A stretch of DNA of 64,000 nucleotides, taken from positions 13,838,508 to 13,902,507 of the forward strand of contig NC_068995.1 in assembly GCF_001194135.2 (NCBI RefSeq), given 5' to 3'. Position numbers and translations under genes: made by a program. Origin of the DNA: Octopus bimaculoides (Eukaryota). The notes beneath the pieces are model-generated. The model ran no database searches, was not told the DNA's origin, and was given only the letters and a program-made list of their open reading frames with translations. Of the stretch, positions 59,229-64,000 are shown piece after piece. Position 1 is the first letter of the stretch; every line of letters starts with the position of its first letter.

Positions 59229-59897
59229 GCGTGTGTATTTGTAAAACACGCATTCACACAATTTTCATTCATTTATTTGAAATTGAGGTTTCACTTGTAT
59301 TGATTGCATTTACTCTCTGGCTTCTCTTAACACTCACCCACGCATTTGTATATGTGAATTCCAAGACATTTAACTTCTCAATGCAGTATTGAAATTTTTT
59401 TTTCTAATTTAAAGATTAAAATGTCATTCTTTCAATTCCATTGATTTTTTTTTTTTTTTAAATATTTACATTTCAAATATATCCAATCTCTAGATAATGT
59501 CAAACGAATTTGTGGTTACAGTAAAATTTAAATATTTATCTTACACGTGGATGAATATTTATACTTCGTTTTTTTTTGTTTTTTTTTAATTATATATATT
59601 TTTTGTCTTTATTGTTTTACATTAATATTCCTTTTATTCTTACTTTTACGGGCAGGATAGTTTATTTACTATTTTATTATATTTTTTGCAGTAAATGTTT
59701 TTAGACTTAAGCCATGGAGTAGGAGTAAGGCTTGTATTTTTTTTGTCATATTTTGTTGGGGGCGGGGGACTGTCCAGCATGTATTTGTACATTGGCACAA
59801 TGCAAATTTGGACTTGTAACCTGTGGTCAGCTATTTTACCTTCATAGCTTTTGGGGCAGGATAGTATTGGTCTCTTATGTTTGTTAATTGTTGTCAT

Positions 59898-60215
59898 CAT
59901 CATTATTTAACATCTGTGTTTCATTGCTAGCATAGATCCAACACTTTAACAGGGTCCACTAGGTCAAAGGACTGTATTATGCTCCAGTGTCGGCTTTGGC
60001 ATGGTTTTTATGAGTGGTTTCCCTTTCAACCAACCACTTTACAGTGTGTGCTGCATGCTTTTTTTCATGCCACCAGCACTAGTGAGACCATCATACAGTT
60101 TACAAGGCTATGACCCCCAAGGGGCAACTTTATGCTTGGATATGAAGGACAAAAGATGGCTAAAAGTATGAGGGAAGGGGGCCTGAGCAGAACAAGTTTC
60201 TTGCTGTAATTTTAG
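59898..60215 (-). mobile_element. Family D element
   Basis: CATCATTATTTAACATCTG...GGCTTTGGCATGG...AACCACTTTACAG...TGCCACCAGCAC...GAGCAGAACAAGTTTCTTGCTGTA. Confidence 0.75.
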
Positions 60216-60289
60216 AAGTGAGGGTAGGAAGTGTTCAAGTGGAATCTAGAAAAAGTTACAAAGTTCAGCATCAATCATGATCAATAATA

Positions 60290-60430
60290 TTTCTGCCTTA
60301 TCTGTCCCATCTTTTCTTCAAGCACAGTCTGTCTAAGATTACATTATTCATTGTCTCAATCTTAAAAAAAAAAAATCTTTGGTCATAGGTCTGACCATGG
60401 CTGGCCTGGGGCTAAACAGTAGCATCAACA
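60290..60430 (+). mobile_element. Family E 3' part
   Basis: CTTTGGTCATAGGTCTGACCATGGCTGGCCTGGGGCTAAACAGTAGCATCAAC. Confidence 0.6.
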
Positions 60431-60539
60431 ATGATCCTTAGGTTCAGATTCACTGCCTGTGTATTTTATTCTCTTTCTTTAACTTTTCGACTGACACTCT
60501 TGATTTGCTGGCTACTCCACCTTTGATGCACTAACACAC

Positions 60540-60540
60540 A

Positions 60541-60572
<32 letters not shown>

Positions 60573-60608
60573 TTCTCTCTTTCTCTCTTTCTCTCTCTNN
60601 NNNNNNNN

Positions 60609-60682
<74 letters not shown>
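60540..60682. repeat. (CT)n microsatellite containing a 10-N gap (60599-60608)
   Basis: Direct reading. Confidence 0.95.
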
Positions 60683-60686
<4 letters not shown>

Positions 60687-60863
60687 TCACATTCAATACT
60701 GAATCACTTTTACCTATCAAATTCTTGAGTGGCATCTTATTTATTCCTCCTTTACATTCCACTACTTTAGTGCAGTTAAGGTGTTCCAAATAACGATAGA
60801 AATCGGTCATATGGCTTCATTCACCAATTCTTTACTGCCACATCACACATTTTGGAGGCTGGT

Positions 60864-61680
60864 GTCGTCATTGTCATCGTCATTTTTGCATCCATTTCGT
60901 CATGCTTGCATGGGTTGGACAGGTCTGCTGCACCACAGTCACTTGTTGGTGTCTCCTTTCCTAAATTATCTTCCTGAGATTCACATTCACTACTGTCCCC
61001 CCTACCCCTGGGGCATGTATTTCTTGTTCCTTCCCTTCTGCAGGTTCCTTTTCTTTCCAGTTTAATTGCTTTGCTCTTCTTTGCCCAACTCCCTCCATTC
61101 ATGTGCAAGACATGTCGACACCAGTGCATTCTTCTTTCTTTTTATCTTCCGTTTTATCTATCAACTATTGTGCTCTGTTCACACACACTAATATTACACA
61201 TCCAGTGGATCATACTTGCTTCATTTCTTTCCTGTATTCACACATCCTTCATGCCTGCTGCTTCATTATACTTCATACATAAGCATCATGCAATCTGCCC
61301 TTCATACATTGGGAGGTGTCCCTTTGTTGCTAATAGAGGCAATAACTCCCTGAATTTTTTCCTGCTCCATTCTTATGCTGGTTACTGTGTTTTAGAACAC
61401 ACAGCTCCACTATTAAGGTCACATTGATAACATAAGCTATCAGCTTCTTCTAAGAAGCCTTTGGAGCACTTGAAAGAATTTATTTCCTGAGTACTCTTCT
61501 TGATAATTATCACTAATGTATAGCATCTGCTGCATATGAAGTACTTCTCTTTCTACCTACCTATGATCCACTACATCTCTTGTGTACCCATAGCCTGCCT
61601 AAGGTACACTTTATGGAATTCTTACCTACTCCTTTTACACTTATCAATCATGGCCACTCCCCAGATGGCAAGTTAAGTCA
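60864..61680 (-). mobile_element. 3' 0.8 kb of a degenerate RTE-clade LINE with an internal Cys/His (PHD-like) finger
   Basis: Minus strand reads WP*LISVKGVGKNSIKCTLGRLWVHKRCSG...FICSRC...KKFRELLPLLATKG...ERNEASMIHWMCNISV...ERRMHWCRHVLHMNG...GTCRR (several frameshifts), then a 3'UTR ending CCAACCCATGCAAGCATGACGAAATGGATGCAAAAATGACGATGAC. Confidence 0.88.
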
Positions 61681-61699
61681 ATAGTAATATTGATTTCTT

Positions 61700-61882
61700 G
61701 CATAGGCATGAGAACAGAAATTTGTAGTGATAAGAACAGTTGTTTATATTTGACTGGGGTTTTACTTTATTGACCCTTAAAGGAATCAACCTAGGGTGCA
61801 TTTGAACTCAGAATATAAAGACAGGCATAATGCTACTAAGCATTGTGCCAGGCATGCTAATGATTCTGCCAGCTCACCACCT
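61700..61882 (-). mobile_element. SINE family B
   Basis: TTTGAACTCAGAATATAAAGAC...GCATGCTAATGATTCTGCCAGCTCACCACCTT. Confidence 0.82.
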
Positions 61883-62825
61883 TAATAATAATAATAATAG
61901 TAATAATAATAATAATAATAATTATGGTTTTTAACATAGACACAAAACCACAAATTTGCAAGAGGTGGGTAGTTGATTAAATTGACCTTCGAAATTGCCT
62001 CGTATTTTCCTGATCCTGTTGAGTGTCAGTCTTATTATATAATAATAATAATAGTAATGATAATAATAATTCTTTAAATTTTTTTTCTCCCTAGAGTTGA
62101 TTATAACTTTCAGTAGTGGGATTGGACCAAAATTGTGACCAATATAGTCCCTACACTGATTTTTTTAAATGATTCCAATTTTTTTTATACAAAATTGACT
62201 TGGGCAGGATTTGAAACCAGAACATCATTTTATCCTATGCCATGTTACGCAGTCTGTAGTAGCCTTCATCGAAACTATTTCTATTGTCTATATAACAATG
62301 GAGCAATAGATGAGAAAATTTGGTTGAAATGCCTTTGACACTTTAGTATGGCAGTTCAAAGAAGTTTACGAAAGAAAAGTCGTTTTTGCTTTTGTACAAA
62401 TTTTCTTTTTTTTCTTCTTTGGAGAATAGCTTTAAAATGTCAGCTGAACCTATGCAACTTCTCTTTCTGTGTGAAATTTTCTGTAAGATGTCAGCAACTC
62501 GTTTGATCTAATATTGGTCTGGGAAATGAAATTTGCAATTATTCATAGCATGCATGTGTGTTACATGTAGATGTTTCTTCTTTGGAACTGGACCTTGAAG
62601 TGTGTAAATGCTATTAAATAACAGCTGGTAAATAATGAGTTAAAAACGCCTTTTGGATAGAAAAGGTTGAAGGGTGGCTGTGGCACATGAATCTATGTCT
62701 CTTAACCCTTTGGAGACAGGGCTTCATTAAGAGTTTCGGTGCCAAGAAGAAGGAGTCCTTTTCACAAGCCCCTACAGAGAGTGCATTTATTTAAAAAAGG
62801 AAATTATAAAAATAAAGTAATTAGT

Positions 62826-62915
62826 ATAGGCACAGGAGTGGGTGTGAAGTAAGTAGTTTGCTTACCAACCACATGGTCCCAGGTTCAGTCCCATTGCGTG
62901 GCACCTTGGGCAAGT
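62826..62915 (+). mobile_element. SINE family A head
   Basis: GGCACAGGAGTGG...TTGCTTACCAACCACATGGTCCCAGGTTCAGTCCCATTGCGTGGCACCTTGGGCAAG. Confidence 0.85.
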
Positions 62916-62920
62916 TTCAC

Positions 62921-63062
62921 TCTTTTTTATACAATTCCTAATAATATTGAATTATAAAAATAAAATAGGATCTTTTTTAATCATTGAATAGTTATGGACG
63001 TCCACCTGAGTAAAGTAGGAATCCAAGGGAGTCCATAGGCAAAAAGTGGTAGGGAATCACTG
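62921..63062 (+). mobile_element. Right part of hAT/Charlie-type MITE (30833 family)
   Basis: TATACAATTCCTAATAATATT...GGAATCCAAGGGAGTCCATAGG...GGTAGGGAATCACTG (degenerate TIR). Confidence 0.7.
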
Positions 63063-63649
63063 ATCCACGTGCTACTTTAGCAACTCTATCATCCCCCCCT
63101 CCTATGTATGACTATTGGCACTGTTTGTGGTTGTCTCAAAATCAACAAATGCATTTGTTTCATGGCCAAATATTGAACTGACAACATTGACATAAGGAGG
63201 TCACGGAGTTATTGGAAGGGAGGTAGAGAGGATAAGAGATGACTAAATTGGCTGGTATTTATCATTCTCATTATGAAGAAAAGCAAAGTTGACTCTGGTA
63301 CAATTTGAATTCAAGAATGTGAAAGAATGTAGTAACTAAATATTCTATTTTAAAAGAATTAAACTTTTATTTTTATCGGTTCTATATAATTGAAACCATC
63401 TAAATAGCCAAATATATCTCCAGCACATCTGTGGTACTATACCCTAAAACTAAATCAAAATGTACTGCATTTTACATTAATTTCCCATTTGGATGATCCA
63501 CAACTCTCAAAAGACCCCTTGAATGTAAATTTTTTTTTTTTCTAGCATGTTCCCCTACAGTTTTATAGCATCTGATGAATACCTGACTGCAGTTAAGGAG
63601 TACCAAGATTTTATCCATTCTCATGATATGAATATCATATCCTACTAAC

Positions 63650-63838
63650 AATTCGATCAGAATCATTAGCACACTGGGCAAAATGCTTAGCGACATTTCA
63701 TCCGCCTTAACGTTTTGAGTTCAAATTCTGTCAAGATTGACTTTGCCTTTCATCCTTTCGAGGATTGACAACTGGGGTCGATGTACTCAACTTGCCCTCT
63801 CCCCCTAAATTGCTGGTCTTTTGCCAAAATTTGAAACC
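63650..63838 (+). mobile_element. SINE family B
   Basis: CAGAATCATTAGCACACTGGGCAAAATGCTTAGCG...TGAGTTCAAATTCTG...CTTTGCCTTTCATCCTTTCGAGG...CCAAAATTTGAAACC. Confidence 0.88.
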
Positions 63839-64000
63839 CAAAACTATGTCCTACTTGCTGAGTTATAAATGGCAAGGTATGAGTATGCAAGGAGCTTCCT
63901 GTGAGAGTTTTAATACTGATATAGTGGCAGGGATGTGAATCACAGTTAAGGAGAAATTTGAGTGTTTGAGGAGGAAATTAGGGCGTGGATGTAAATTCTG

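Noticed and set aside
1749-60810. Long ORFs in the supplied track (e.g. 1749, 9351, 19190, 40063, 45404, 46685, 58338)
   Set aside because: They are open only because they run through N-gaps or dinucleotide repeats (THTH, YIYI, CVCV, ERER); no coding signal.

Overview
AT-rich, microsatellite-rich eukaryotic draft-genome window with ten N-gaps, most of them next to simple repeats. The repeat content points to a coleoid cephalopod, probably Octopus (inference; no database search was run). Only one protein-coding exon is supported: the start-codon exon of SLMAP, covering the N-terminal half of the FHA domain (+ strand, 42491-42679, phase-0 GT donor). The next SLMAP exon is not in the sequenced part of the following 21 kb. 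The rest is non-coding and dense in transposon remnants. There are at least five short retroelement families (my working labels A-E; A, B and C have tRNA-like heads), four well-supported and one tentative RTE-type LINE fragments, hAT/Charlie-type and piggyBac-type MITEs, and two foldback elements. SINE and LINE boundaries were read by eye and are approximate; TIR/TSD, hairpin, exon and gap coordinates were counted. The most notable observations cluster around the SLMAP exon: a 114-bp near-perfect intronic hairpin with three A-C mismatches, a 3' splice site abutting a SINE tail, inverted SINE pairs bracketing the exon, an overlapping upstream ORF, and a CAATTAATT cluster. Elsewhere, an RTE LINE shares its 3' tail with local SINEs, and SINE heads and tails are swapped in a modular way. 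No prokaryote-type systems, tRNA or rRNA genes were found.
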